Counted from the stretch's first letter, positions 21,763 through 32,237 are shown. The stretch is DNA of 64,000 nucleotides from an uncultured delta proteobacterium (GCA_963708295.1 CAVPSJ010000017.1:256001-320000), one strand, 5' to 3'. Notes: generated by a model from the letters alone, not told the origin. Numbers and translations: made by a program.

Positions 21763-21772
21763 TCAGAACATC

Positions 21773-21802
21773 TTGACAATATACAAGGTTTGTATATATA
21801 CT
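21773..21802 (+). promoter_or_regulatory. Toxin-antitoxin operon promoter with palindromic operator
   Basis: TTGACA-N18-TATACT enclosing the palindrome ATACAA-GGT-TTGTAT. Confidence 0.65.
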
Positions 21803-21825
21803 TTATCAAAAGGGAGGTATTGAAG

Positions 21826-22071
21826 ATGAAGTCAAGTACGGTGAATATCTCTTTCAGCGATGACCTCCTGAAGAAGATAGATCAAACGGCACGAGAAGAG
21901 TCTCGATCACGGTCGGAACTCATTCGGGAGGCGGCGCGAGGATACATTGATCGAAAGCGTCGGTGGAAGCAGATATTTGATTTCGGCAAAATCAACGCCG
22001 CCAAGAAAGGGATTGCCGAGGCCGATATCGAGACTGAAATTGCTGCCTACCGCAGAGAGAAAAAGAAATAG
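21826..22071 (+). CDS. CopG/ribbon-helix-helix antitoxin
   Basis: VNISF...LL..ID..A....SRSELIREA; GGAGG RBS. Confidence 0.88.
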   Translation: MKSSTVNISFSDDLLKKIDQTAREESRSRSELIREAARGYIDRKRRWKQIFDFGKINAAKKGIAEADIETEIAAYRREKKK

Positions 22072-22479
22072 ATGCTCAAGGTCGTTTTGGATACGAATGT
22101 CCTGATCTCGGCCATTCTCTTCGGAGGTAAACCCAGAAAGATTTTGGAGAAAGCCATCCGTGGGGAGATACGATTGTGTCTATCAGAACCAATGCTGGAA
22201 GAACTCAGTGGGGTTTTGCGAAGGTCGAAATTTGACTACTCTCCTGAGATGATCCAATTCATCCTCACGGAACTGATGGGTATTGCAGATTTCGTGAATC
22301 CATCGGAGACCATTCACGTAGTATTGGAAGATCCCGAGGACAACAAGATCCTGGAATGCGCGGTAGAAGCCAAAGCGAATTATATCATTACTGGAGATTC
22401 TCACCTTCTGAAGCTAAGCAGGTACCTCCATATAGAAGTCCTGAATGCGGCTGCTTTTTTAGAAAAAACCGAGGCGTGA
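22072..22479 (+). CDS. PIN-domain toxin (TIGR00305-like)
   Basis: VVLDTNVLISA..DPEDNKILECA..YIITGDSHLL. Confidence 0.92.
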   Translation: MLKVVLDTNVLISAILFGGKPRKILEKAIRGEIRLCLSEPMLEELSGVLRRSKFDYSPEMIQFILTELMGIADFVNPSETIHVVLEDPEDNKILECAVEAKANYIITGDSHLLKLSRYLHIEVLNAAAFLEKTEA

Positions 22480-22481
22480 TC

Positions 22482-22766
22482 ATGATCAAGAACGGTATGC
22501 GTCCTATTCATCCAGGCGAGATATTGCGTGAGGATTACATGGTGCCGCTGGGGCTGTCAGCCGTCGCTTTGGCCCACGCGTTGGGTGTGACGCCCGCCCG
22601 CATCAACGACATTGTGCGGGAACGGCGCGGCATCACAGCGGATACGGCGTTACGTCTGGCGCGGTACTTCGGAACGGATGCGCAATCGTGGATTAACCTG
22701 CAGACCGCATGCGATCTCCGCGTGGCTTCGCCGACACCCTCAGGATTGACGATTGATGATTGTTGA
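22482..22766 (+). pseudogene. higA: HigA-family antitoxin; C-terminus replaced by repeat sequence; no higB
   Basis: MRPIHPGEILREDY..ITADTALRLARYFGT..W.NLQ, then runs into repeat copy 11. Confidence 0.8.
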
Positions 22767-22868
22767 TTGGAGTATATAAATTTTAGGAAATCAAGGGGAC
22801 ATTGGTTCTAAAACAACTTGTGACATATCAATCAGGGATTTGGGGTTGAACCTTTATCCTTGACTTTG
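22729..22868 (-). repeat. Array repeat copy 11 (central fragment) plus separate left-end stub at 22842
   Basis: CACCCT..heptamers..GATTGGAGTATATAAATTTT; then GGGGTTGAACCTTTATCCTTGACTTTG. Confidence 0.85.
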
Positions 22869-22966
22869 ATAGTGGACGCCTGACACCTTATCTCCCCCTT
22901 CTCGAATAAGAGGTTGAGCAGAAAACGCAGTGGACAAAAGAATCATACTGCCTCTTGTTTACGCTT

Positions 22967-23854
22967 TTACTGCTTCCTGATTACAAGTTTGGTTGCTTCC
23001 AAGCAGGCGGTATTCGGATTTCTTTCAAACAATTCCGACAATATCGAAGCATTTTCCTCTTTTGTCTTTTCGTTCGCTTGTAAAGCCTTGAGCCAATTTG
23101 ACTCAAGTTCTTGCAGATTGCTCCCAAAACCTTCTTCCCATGGCCGTTTCCGACCGGAAAGCTCATAAAACCGCTTCATCTTGTTGACACCATATGTCAA
23201 AATTATATAGTTGCCAAAGGAACCTGCTTCGGCATAGGTTTTTGATTGTTTGGCTCTATCAACAACCATAGGAAAGCCTTCCCCTGTGTCTTTCTGCCCC
23301 CATGATACATGATCTGGCCCCAATTCAGTGAGGGGAATAAACGACTTCATCTTCAAGAACGCCCGTACCCAGTCGTCGCTATAGAATCCACACCCAGGAT
23401 GCGATAGAAGATTGCCGACTTTTTCCTCGGTAGGGACACCCATCATATTGCGAATCAATTTATCCTCATGGGAAAATATTGCGCTTGTAAGTTTGTGTGC
23501 CATATCTTGTGGTGCTCGTTCGGAACCGAAAACCCGAACGATACGTATACGCCGGCCATCCCCTTTTCCCCAATAGAAGACACTGACATAATAGTCACGC
23601 CTACGTGGTACATCGAAAACGACCCGTATCTTTCCTAATTGACTTATTCCGGAATCGGCAGACCAGAACTCGAGGACTTTATTTAGTGTTTCTTGTGCAT
23701 GGTTGGCTAATTGTCTTAGCCGCGCATCTGAAAGATTACCTGTGTTGTCGCTGACTATGAGTTGAGGAGTTTCCAATATCAAGTTAGACGCCTGAGACAG
23801 GGCCGATGTTAGTAGTCCGGCCACAAAAATCGACAACATTGTCGCTATTCTCAT
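22967..23854 (-). CDS. Hypothetical secreted protein, distantly peptidase-MA-like
   Basis: Signal peptide; degenerate AHKLT and Y.EAGSF..Y....YG..K segments. Confidence 0.7.
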   Translation of the reverse strand: MRIATMLSIFVAGLLTSALSQASNLILETPQLIVSDNTGNLSDARLRQLANHAQETLNKVLEFWSADSGISQLGKIRVVFDVPRRRDYYVSVFYWGKGDGRRIRIVRVFGSERAPQDMAHKLTSAIFSHEDKLIRNMMGVPTEEKVGNLLSHPGCGFYSDDWVRAFLKMKSFIPLTELGPDHVSWGQKDTGEGFPMVVDRAKQSKTYAEAGSFGNYIILTYGVNKMKRFYELSGRKRPWEEGFGSNLQELESNWLKALQANEKTKEENASILSELFERNPNTACLEATKLVIRKQ

Positions 23855-23937
23855 GATCGCTTCCTCCCCATATTCAATTTTTCATCCTCGAATGTCTTGC
23901 GCACGGCAGTTATTCAGATGATAAGAATGCTTAATAT

Positions 23938-24110
23938 GGGGTCGAATCTTATGGGCTTCGCCTATACTTCACCAAAGTTTCCTTCTCACCCCGGCTTTTT
24001 TCCCCTGAAAGCGAAGGAACATCTGCACCGCCACCCATTTCATTGACAATTGATGATTGTTGATTGGAATATTACAAATTTTGTGGGAGTTGGTCAACCG
24101 AAACTTACAG
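23938..24110 (-). repeat. Array repeat copy 12
   Basis: Consensus match with heptamer expansion. Confidence 0.93.
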
Positions 24111-24190
24111 GGCAAAGGTTGAGTGCTTGCTAAAAATCCGCACATTTCCTATACTCAACGAAAGAAGAATTCGAACACAGGGGGTAACGA

Positions 24191-24796
24191 GTGAGCAGGC
24201 TTAAGGAGTTGCGTACGCCGATTTTCTGGGCGGAAGGCCATCCGGGCAAACTCAACCGGGAGAGGTGGGTCATCGAGGTGAGCGGTCTCTGCGCGAATCC
24301 GAAAGAATTTACCTGGCAGGAACTGATCGCATTACCGAAATCGATTGCCGACGCACGCCTGACGAGTGTCACCAGATTCTCAGTGCGAGGGAGGTGGGGC
24401 GGCGTGAAGGTTGCCGATTTACTCGAAGCGGTCCAGGCTGACTCGGGAAGCCATTATGTCCGTTTCTGGTCTTACAGGATGGTATACGATACCACCCTTC
24501 CTATGGATGTGGCCCTTCGTGAGAGAACGCTTCTCGCTTACGAGTTCGACGACGAATATCTCGAAGAAGATTACGGAGGCCCTGTCAGGGGATTTTGCCC
24601 TTATCTGTGGGGCTACAAGTCAGCGAAGAGTGTTGTTAAGGTCGAATTGCTGGACCGTTATATATCCGGATTCTGGGAACAGCGGGGATATCCCGACGAT
24701 GCCCTCATTACGGCCGGAAAAGTCCGTGACATGAACCAAGGCGGTCGCCTCAGGTCTATTCCAAACGGGGAAGTGATACGATTTCTTGATGAATAG
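24191..24796 (+). CDS. Molybdopterin-binding oxidoreductase domain protein (sulfite oxidase/MsrP-like family)
   Basis: W.IEVSG, W.GV...DLL, GGPVR..P.LWGYKSAK, GFWE.RGY. Confidence 0.85.
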   Translation: MSRLKELRTPIFWAEGHPGKLNRERWVIEVSGLCANPKEFTWQELIALPKSIADARLTSVTRFSVRGRWGGVKVADLLEAVQADSGSHYVRFWSYRMVYDTTLPMDVALRERTLLAYEFDDEYLEEDYGGPVRGFCPYLWGYKSAKSVVKVELLDRYISGFWEQRGYPDDALITAGKVRDMNQGGRLRSIPNGEVIRFLDE

Positions 24797-24838
24797 GTTT
24801 TCCTTGGAGAAAGGGTCCGCTGTCGAATTTTATTCTTC

Positions 24839-26104
24839 TTATTCCGGTTTTCCCACGTACGTCTGGACGGATGACGCCAGCCGCCCCCGTACCTGCCACC
24901 ATATGGCCAGACCCAGCGGCACCACCGCCGCAGCCGCCGCTGCGAGCCCCATGATCCCATAACCGCCCGCAGCATACACCACCCCGCTCCCGATCTGGCT
25001 GGCTCCCGAGGACAGGTTCAAGAGCAAGTCATTGAATCCCTGGGTCTTCGCCCTTTCCCCGGGCGAGAGTTGATCTGCCAGCAGGGTGGAGCCGGCCACA
25101 TAAGCGAAGTTCCAGCCCAGCCCCAGGAGGAAGAGGGCGACTACCAGCGGCAGGAGATTGACGGAAGGCGCCGCCATCAGGCAGGAAAGGATCATGACTG
25201 TCGAGCCCAGGATCATGACCGGGCCTCGCCCCCGCCGGTCGGCCATCCTCCCGGAGAGGACGGAGAAAGCGTACATCCCGAAAGTGTGGGCGGAGATCAC
25301 CAGCGACACGGCGGTCAAAGGGTGCTGGTGAACCTTCATATGAACCGACGTGATGGACATGGGCACCACCATCACCATCTGGGCAAAAGCCATGGTGACC
25401 ATGGCCACGATCACGCCCGGCTGCCGAACGATCTCCGCGAGGGAACGGGTCGCCTCCCGGGGGATCGACGCGGGATGGATCCGGGCGAGCTCCCGCCCGA
25501 CATCGCGGGGGTCCGGCTTCAGTCCACTGAAGATCAGGATCGCCGCCACAACCAGGACGGCGCCACCGACGATGTAAGCCCCCGCCAATTCCGGGTACCC
25601 GGCCCACGTCGCCAGCTGCCCCATCGGGCCCACCAGGAGCGGCCCGAAGATGGCACCCACCGTACTCCCCAGTACCACGTTCGAAATGGCCCGGCCCCGC
25701 TTCGCCGGCAGATAAACCTCGGCGGCGGCAAAGCGACCCAGGTCCACGGCCGACCTGGCCATGCCTACCAGGACGAGTCCGAACAGGAAGAAGGGGAAGG
25801 AACGATCGACCACCGCGGCGACCGCGATGACGGATCCGACAACCCCGACCACCTGTCCCAGTGCCAGCCCCAGTCGCCGTCCGATCCGCTCCATGGTGAA
25901 GCCCCAGACCATCGCCCCGCAGGCCTGTCCTACCACATAGAGGCCGCCGGGCACCCCGGCCATGGCCTGTTTTCCACTCAGGTCAACGCCGACCAGGGCG
26001 TTGACGGTAAAGGCGGCGATGAAGCCAGCGGAGCTGAGGCTCTGGGACAGGAAGAGTACGATAGTAATCTTCCTGGCGATGCGGTCGTAATCCTTCATCT
26101 TCAT
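24839..26104 (-). CDS. MFS transporter
   Basis: Multiple transmembrane segments; MERIGRR, RFAAAE..RGRAIS, GLGWNF. Confidence 0.9.
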   Translation of the reverse strand: MKMKDYDRIARKITIVLFLSQSLSSAGFIAAFTVNALVGVDLSGKQAMAGVPGGLYVVGQACGAMVWGFTMERIGRRLGLALGQVVGVVGSVIAVAAVVDRSFPFFLFGLVLVGMARSAVDLGRFAAAEVYLPAKRGRAISNVVLGSTVGAIFGPLLVGPMGQLATWAGYPELAGAYIVGGAVLVVAAILIFSGLKPDPRDVGRELARIHPASIPREATRSLAEIVRQPGVIVAMVTMAFAQMVMVVPMSITSVHMKVHQHPLTAVSLVISAHTFGMYAFSVLSGRMADRRGRGPVMILGSTVMILSCLMAAPSVNLLPLVVALFLLGLGWNFAYVAGSTLLADQLSPGERAKTQGFNDLLLNLSSGASQIGSGVVYAAGGYGIMGLAAAAAAVVPLGLAIWWQVRGRLASSVQTYVGKPE

Positions 26105-26115
26105 GAATGTGCTTT

Positions 26116-26203
26116 GGGGTCGAAATATCTGCGTTGGCACCCTGTTGATTCTTGATTGGAGAATACAAATTTTATGAGACTTGGTCAACCGAAACTTTCA
26201 GAA
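26116..26203 (-). repeat. Array repeat copy 13 (internal deletion)
   Basis: GGGGTCGAA joined directly to ATATCTGCG through GAA microhomology. Confidence 0.92.
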
Positions 26204-26263
26204 CGAAAGGGAAGGGCAGTAGCAGGTTGACTTTGTCGCTGATGATTATCGAAGGAAATAAAT

Positions 26264-26293
26264 AAAAAAGGCAGAGCCTCATTGACCCTGCCT
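26264..26293 (-). terminator. Rho-independent terminator after the CocE gene
   Basis: AGGCAG/CTGCCT stem plus T tract. Confidence 0.75.
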
Positions 26294-26308
26294 CTTCCGC
26301 TTTCAATC

Positions 26309-28021
26309 CTATCCTTTTGAACTGAAAGGCAGGAGCAGATGAGATACATGCTTCGATGTGTGATGGATGGTATGTACCGTTTCCTTCGGGTTAGGCAAAT
26401 GGCTCCAAACCGGCCATGCAAGAGTCATGTCCAGGCCATCCTTTTGCATTGGATAATCGCAACCCCAGACTTCCAGCTTGATTTTGTGCCCCGCCTTAAA
26501 GAGGTAAGCGATGGGTCGAATGGCAATGGCATATTCATTTATCTCTCCTGGGACGACAGGCACAGAACGCCTGTGAGGATGGTAGGGCTGCCAAAACTTC
26601 GATTTATCCTTATCAAGTTCTCGATGAGATGCTTTCAGCCAACCTCTGCTTAATACAAACTCGGAGCCATCAGGTCTCACGTCTTTCAGTTTGACTATCC
26701 AATTTGCGTCGTCGGAACTGATCGAAGCGTAGAGGGTTAGCGCAATAGGGCCGACGACTTCTGTATCTTTCGTCAATGCCTCGGTAGCATATTCAAGGTA
26801 CTTGGGCGGAGGATTCATGGGATAGATATTGTTAACAACAGGGAAAAGGGGTTTATAATCGAAGCTGTCAGAGGACTCTTCAGTGCTGGGCGGAGCCTCA
26901 CTGAGAAGGTTGTTGGCACTCAGGTAATACCTAGCCCACTTCGCGTTCTTGGGCGGCCACTCATCATAATGCCGCCACTCATCGGCAACCGTAACCCATA
27001 CGCGAATCGGCGGTTCGTCCATGATCCCGGTATCAATCCCTTTTAGCCAGTAGTCATACCATCTCAGGATATCCTCATGGTATTCGTAGAACGGCCTCTC
27101 AGGAACTTTAGGACGGATCACGAGTTTCTTGGGTGCTTTTATCCCCTCCCACGCGTTAAAAGCCCCCGGCAGATGCATCGCGACGGGATAGTGCTGCATC
27201 TCTGAACCCAGGTAGGTTGGCACCTTGATTTTTCCCAATTTCGTATGCGCTGACCTTTCCCAGTAGAATGGGCCATCGAAGGGATGGAGCATAAAGTCGA
27301 AAGTCCCGGGGTCATGGTTAGGAGCGATCAGCGTGCCGTAAAGATAGGGACTTTTGTTGAAGGGCTCGGTATTTTTCATTTTTTCTACGAGACGCTTCAA
27401 CTTGTCCTTGCTATACATTTTTTCCGATGCCGGCTTAGCGTTATTATCATAGATATTATTCCGCAGCGTACGGGTCCATGTCGGGGAAAAGATTCCCCCG
27501 TGATAAACGGTATCCCGGTACAGATCCGTCCAGCCGTCGTGGGGATTGATGGCCTTCAAGTGAGGAGGGCGTTGAGCTGCTACCAGATATTGAATGATCG
27601 CAAACCAGGATATTCCAATCATGCCCACCTTACCGTCGCACCACGGCTGCTTGGCAATCCACTCCACGAGGTCATAGCCATCCTCCTGTTGCTCCTTGGC
27701 AAACCAGGTCCGAAACTCCCCGCCTGACTGGCCTGTCCCCCGATGATCCGCAATAATGTGCGCGTATCCCCTGGTTACCCAAAATTCACTATCCCCCGCC
27801 TCTATGTGAGCCATCTCCGAAGTGAACCCGTGACCTTTTGGTAACTTAAGGGCTTGAACATCCTTACTGTACGGGCACATGCTCAAGAGTGCAGGGAATT
27901 TCCCTTTTGAATCGGGACGACGAACATCGACAGCTACCTTCACACCGTCCCGCATCTTAACGTAAACATTCTTTTCAGTCTTGACTTTGTGGACAGGCTT
28001 TGATCCTTCCTTTGCTTCCAT
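26309..28021 (-). CDS. CocE/NonD-family hydrolase
   Basis: VKMRDGVK, RGTGQSGG, QPWCDGKVGMIGISW, PepX_C-like C-terminal domain. Confidence 0.93.
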   Translation of the reverse strand: MEAKEGSKPVHKVKTEKNVYVKMRDGVKVAVDVRRPDSKGKFPALLSMCPYSKDVQALKLPKGHGFTSEMAHIEAGDSEFWVTRGYAHIIADHRGTGQSGGEFRTWFAKEQQEDGYDLVEWIAKQPWCDGKVGMIGISWFAIIQYLVAAQRPPHLKAINPHDGWTDLYRDTVYHGGIFSPTWTRTLRNNIYDNNAKPASEKMYSKDKLKRLVEKMKNTEPFNKSPYLYGTLIAPNHDPGTFDFMLHPFDGPFYWERSAHTKLGKIKVPTYLGSEMQHYPVAMHLPGAFNAWEGIKAPKKLVIRPKVPERPFYEYHEDILRWYDYWLKGIDTGIMDEPPIRVWVTVADEWRHYDEWPPKNAKWARYYLSANNLLSEAPPSTEESSDSFDYKPLFPVVNNIYPMNPPPKYLEYATEALTKDTEVVGPIALTLYASISSDDANWIVKLKDVRPDGSEFVLSRGWLKASHRELDKDKSKFWQPYHPHRRSVPVVPGEINEYAIAIRPIAYLFKAGHKIKLEVWGCDYPMQKDGLDMTLAWPVWSHLPNPKETVHTIHHTSKHVSHLLLPFSSKG

Positions 28022-28100
28022 GGCTCGTTCCTCCTTTCGCCTGCTGTGTGGGTGCGGAGGATACGCCGACAACAGCGGCTTGGTAGCGCTGATCTATTTC

Positions 28101-29300
28101 CTATCTGCTCCAGGCTGGTCTGGGGTAAACAAAAGGTGTTGTGGCTATGCTCTTGGGCCACACGAGTTCTACCCTGCCACCCTTCGTCTGGACAGCAAAA
28201 CAGAAAGGAGGGGGCAATCCTCTCTTGTCGAAGGTAATTCCTTTTCCGTAAGGCAAATCGAATTTATTTAACCTCAGATAATCCCTTATCTTCGTATTGT
28301 CCAATGTCCCCGCCCCCTGCACGGCCAACTCCAGTGTCTTCATCCAGCTGTAGGCAAAGCCAAAAAAAAGCGGGCCTGCCGGGATTCCCAGCTTCGCTTT
28401 TGCGCCTTCATTGATTTCACGGTTACCGGCAAACGGGAGACGATCATGCCAGAACGCGCTGTTGACCACATGGTTGCCGTCCTCGCCCAGCTCCTTCATC
28501 CAGGCGGGGACAATGGAGGCCAATTGCTGGAAGACGAGTTTGGGATTGTAATTCAAAGCCTTGGCGGCTCTCATGATCATGACGGCATCATCAAAAAAAC
28601 TAAGGCAACAGAGGATCTCAGCTCCTTTGCTTTTGGCCTTGCTTACCAAAGGAGTGGCATCGCCCAAGGGGAGATTATACATCTCATCGACCACCACCGG
28701 TATCCCTCGTTCTTCCATTGCCTTGATGATGTTCCCTTTCGCGGATAAACCCATCACGTTATTCGCCGTCAACAGGGCGATCGATTTCGGCCATTCCGGC
28801 CTGGGAATCAGGTCGTCAAGAACCCCGTTTAAGGACAAATAGATCCAGTCGCTCATGAGAGGCGGGCTGGCAAAGCTGTAAGTAAAACCCTGTTCAAACG
28901 ATTTCATGTGGGCGCCCATTCCAATAAAGACCTTCTTATACTTCTCCACGAGAGGCATCAACGCGACATTCGACGTTCCAGGATAGCCTCCGAAAACCAG
29001 GTCCACCGTATCGATGGTGATAGCCCTCTCATAGTAAGTGACCGCTTCCTCCGTCGTGCCCTGGTCGGGATAGACGGTCATTTTTACAGGACGCCCCAAA
29101 AGCCCTCCCCTCCGATTGACGTCCTCCACCCAGAAATCATACCCTTGCTTGATCCATCTCGATGTTTCCGTATGTATCCCGGTCGCCGGCAATGACCCTC
29201 CTATCTTGATCGGCTGTGCGGATGCCTCTGGATAGCCACAGACCAGGAGAGTCAATAGGGCAAGAATAATTGCTGCAAAAGCGATCTGTCTTCTTTTCAT
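28101..29300 (-). CDS. Branched-chain amino-acid-type ABC substrate-binding protein (orphan)
   Basis: Signal peptide, IKIGGSLP.TG, N..GGLLGRPV; no permease genes nearby. Confidence 0.9.
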   Translation of the reverse strand: MKRRQIAFAAIILALLTLLVCGYPEASAQPIKIGGSLPATGIHTETSRWIKQGYDFWVEDVNRRGGLLGRPVKMTVYPDQGTTEEAVTYYERAITIDTVDLVFGGYPGTSNVALMPLVEKYKKVFIGMGAHMKSFEQGFTYSFASPPLMSDWIYLSLNGVLDDLIPRPEWPKSIALLTANNVMGLSAKGNIIKAMEERGIPVVVDEMYNLPLGDATPLVSKAKSKGAEILCCLSFFDDAVMIMRAAKALNYNPKLVFQQLASIVPAWMKELGEDGNHVVNSAFWHDRLPFAGNREINEGAKAKLGIPAGPLFFGFAYSWMKTLELAVQGAGTLDNTKIRDYLRLNKFDLPYGKGITFDKRGLPPPFCFAVQTKGGRVELVWPKSIATTPFVYPRPAWSR

Positions 29301-29486
29301 TCCAGCCTCCCTTCTTTTCGTCATCCCGAGAGAAGGTTCTTTCCCCCTTTACAGGGCGGATAGATCATTCTTCCGAGACGGTTGAGTTCTTTTCATCGCC
29401 CAAATTCTTTCCAGGAAATTATCCTCCTCCCCCTTCATTCGACTACTGACTCCACTCTGGCCTCGGGTAGACCAGAGGACGGATTT

Positions 29487-29687
29487 GGGGTCCCAATCTT
29501 CATCCAGGACTTTGCCTGTACTAACACGAGCATTTCCTTCTGACCCCAGGTTTCTTTCCCGAAAAACGAAGAAATATCTGCACCGCCACCCTGTGGATTG
29601 TTAATTGGAATATATCTATTTTGTGAAAATTGGTCAACCGAAACTTTCAGAAAGAGGGACTCACAGAAGCGGGCTAGTTGTCACACC
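29487..29687 (-). repeat. Array repeat copy 14
   Basis: Full-length consensus match. Confidence 0.95.
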
Positions 29688-29930
29688 CAGAAGTCATTAT
29701 CCAAAGACAACTCTTAGACTCAATAATTACTGGAAGGAGTATTTACGCGGATGCTTGGCCGGGAGGCAAATCGCATTTACTCAACAAACTTGACTATGTT
29801 CCATAGGATTAACACATCCCCCGAGATTAACGCTGAATAAATCTTAAAATTACATTGAAAATTATGCCGGGGTATTTCCTTTGCCCCGCTCGTACGACGG
29901 GGCAAAGGAATGGGCACCCATATTACATGC

Positions 29931-31679
29931 TCACTTGATTGGGGACCTATAGCGAGAGGTATCCCAAAATGGTTGTATTTCCTTTGCCCGGGGTTCCGCC
30001 TTCAGGGCCATTTCAATGTCTTCTTCGGTAAGCTCCTTACTGGACATCTCTATCTTAAGGTTGTTGAAATCTGCATCCAGCAGGATGGTTTTCGGGGAGC
30101 TTTCGACATTGGACCACGGTTTCCATTCAGGCAGACCAGAACCCTCACGGTTGGGATTGCTCGTCTTAGCAAATTGGGCCCAATAGCCCATCATCGCATT
30201 TGACAGGGCGACTCGGCCGGGGCGATTTTTTTCATCAAAGGCGACCCCGCCAAGGGATACGGCTTCCGTTCCGAAGACGAAATCGATCTCCATGGCGTGG
30301 CAGGCGCCCATCAACAGATTAAAGGGCGAAGGCATCACACTTTTCTTCATCCCCCCGGCTCCCCACAAGAATTGGTAGGCGTAGATGGGGGGCTGGTCAG
30401 TATTCGATCTCAGGATTCTTGCCAACTGGTCCACTGCCATTACCTTCCAGCCGTCGCTCTGATATCGGGCGACCAGGTCGTACAGCTCGGTCTTGGCTGG
30501 ATCCTTAAACAGGGAACCGTCGTTTCGCCAGGGGGTGAATCTCGGATTAAAATTGAGAAATAGTTTCGCCTCCTCTTTGTTCGTTCCCAAGATGATCGGT
30601 ACTTTGTTGTAGCTTCCAGCCTTCAAGGTACCGTAGAAATCAACAGGGAGCACCGTACCGTCGCCGAAACAGTTGGGAAACATGATCATCCCCATCAGCT
30701 TGCCTTCGGGGTACACTTCCAGGAAGTCCTGGGCACTTTTCAACCTTAAGTATTTTTCTATTTCTTTCCCGGACATACTCTGCAGCTTGGCCAGGGCCGT
30801 TTTTTCGTCCGGGGCGCCCCCGTCTTTCACAAGTAGTTTCTCGATGACCCCATCCGCATGTCCCGCGCCCTGAGCGGGCGTCGGCCATCCAGCAACCCCG
30901 CTTTCAGAAATGGCCCGCTGAAAAAGATTTTTCGCCAGAGGCGAAGCGATAAGGGAAATGACGTTTCTCGCTCCTGCCGACTCCCCCACGATCGTTACAT
31001 TCTCGGGATCGCCACCGAAACCTTTAATATTGGCCTTCACCCAGTAAAGAGCCTGAATCAGATCCAAGATCGCAAAATTTCCTGAATCGCTTGTCTCGTC
31101 ACCCTTCTTCCCTGTTCGAAGGGCTGGATGACTGAAGAAGCCCATCGGTCCCAAGCGATAACTGACCGTAACGATGACCATGTTGGATTTGTTGGCGAGG
31201 GCGGCCGTATCCGTATAGGAGAGCAGAGGCCACTGGATGCTGTTTCCGCCGCCGTGGATCCAAAAATAAACCGGCAGATTGGCCGCCCTGGTCTTTGGAC
31301 GCCAGATATTCAGATACAGGCAGTCTTCATTACCCTGGATAACCGCCGGCGTGGCTGGATTACTATCATGGTCAGTATACTGGGGACATATCTCACAAAA
31401 ACTGACGGTCTTCAAAGGCGTCGAACGTTTTTCGGGTACTTCGGGAGCCTTCCAGCGGAGATCGCCGACAGGGGGCTTAGCATAGGGAATCCCTTTCCAG
31501 GACAGGGTATTGGTGGCTCTGTGTTCCGCGCCTATGACGACTCCCTCCGTGGTCTCCTGATCCGGCCGCATTGAATAAACAGCCTTCTCCTGTGCGATCG
31601 AGGTGATCACACCCAAAGCAAAGATTAGGGGGAGATTGATGAGTATTATAATTAATCTTCTGGATTTAAGTAGTTGCAT
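29931..31679 (-). CDS. Type-B carboxylesterase, secreted
   Basis: GIPYAKPPVGDLRW, EDCLYLNIW, WIHGGG, GESAG, ACHAMEI. Confidence 0.95.
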   Translation of the reverse strand: MQLLKSRRLIIILINLPLIFALGVITSIAQEKAVYSMRPDQETTEGVVIGAEHRATNTLSWKGIPYAKPPVGDLRWKAPEVPEKRSTPLKTVSFCEICPQYTDHDSNPATPAVIQGNEDCLYLNIWRPKTRAANLPVYFWIHGGGNSIQWPLLSYTDTAALANKSNMVIVTVSYRLGPMGFFSHPALRTGKKGDETSDSGNFAILDLIQALYWVKANIKGFGGDPENVTIVGESAGARNVISLIASPLAKNLFQRAISESGVAGWPTPAQGAGHADGVIEKLLVKDGGAPDEKTALAKLQSMSGKEIEKYLRLKSAQDFLEVYPEGKLMGMIMFPNCFGDGTVLPVDFYGTLKAGSYNKVPIILGTNKEEAKLFLNFNPRFTPWRNDGSLFKDPAKTELYDLVARYQSDGWKVMAVDQLARILRSNTDQPPIYAYQFLWGAGGMKKSVMPSPFNLLMGACHAMEIDFVFGTEAVSLGGVAFDEKNRPGRVALSNAMMGYWAQFAKTSNPNREGSGLPEWKPWSNVESSPKTILLDADFNNLKIEMSSKELTEEDIEMALKAEPRAKEIQPFWDTSRYRSPIK

Positions 31680-31789
31680 GGTTTTACCCTCCGTTCTTTT
31701 AAAGGCTGGCCCGCATTTTTACCCACCCTCTTATTTTCAATCTCGAAATAGCGGTTATTTTTCTATTTATGAATGACTCATTCAAAGAA

Positions 31790-31900
31790 GGGGCCTCCGA
31801 GGGGATACAACTATCGCGCGGAGGCCTCTTGTACGGGCATCTTTTGGGAACTCCTTCTCATACGACACTCCAGAAGGTTGGAGGTTAAGTTGTAAGGTTA
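31790..31900 (-). promoter_or_regulatory. Leader with 16-codon uORF (31861-31811) and hairpin, copy 1
   Basis: GGAG plus ATG, MRRSSQKMPVQEASAR*; GCCTCC/GGAGGC stem spans the stop; homologous to 39680-39795. Confidence 0.55.
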
Positions 31901-32052
31901 ATTAGGTCCAGGTGGGCAATACTATAAATAGAACGTACTCTCATGTGCACAGACAGTCAAGGGGAAAATTCCATTCATAATTTACCCCGTATTGCTGATT
32001 TTCGTTTGGAATGTTGCATTCTGAAGGAAGATACCGAAAACAATTTGGCTTT

Positions 32053-32237
32053 GGGGTCGAATCTTTATCCTCAATTTTGCCTATATTTCACGAAAGTATT
32101 CTTCTGCCCCTAGGTTCTTCTCTTGAAAATGAAGGTATATCTGCACCGCCACCCGTCGGATTGGAATATATCTATTTTATGAAAATGGGTCAACCGAAAC
32201 TTTCGGAAAGAATGAGTCAAAGAAGTGGGCCGGTTGT
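32053..32237 (-). repeat. Array repeat copy 15
   Basis: Full-length consensus match. Confidence 0.95.
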
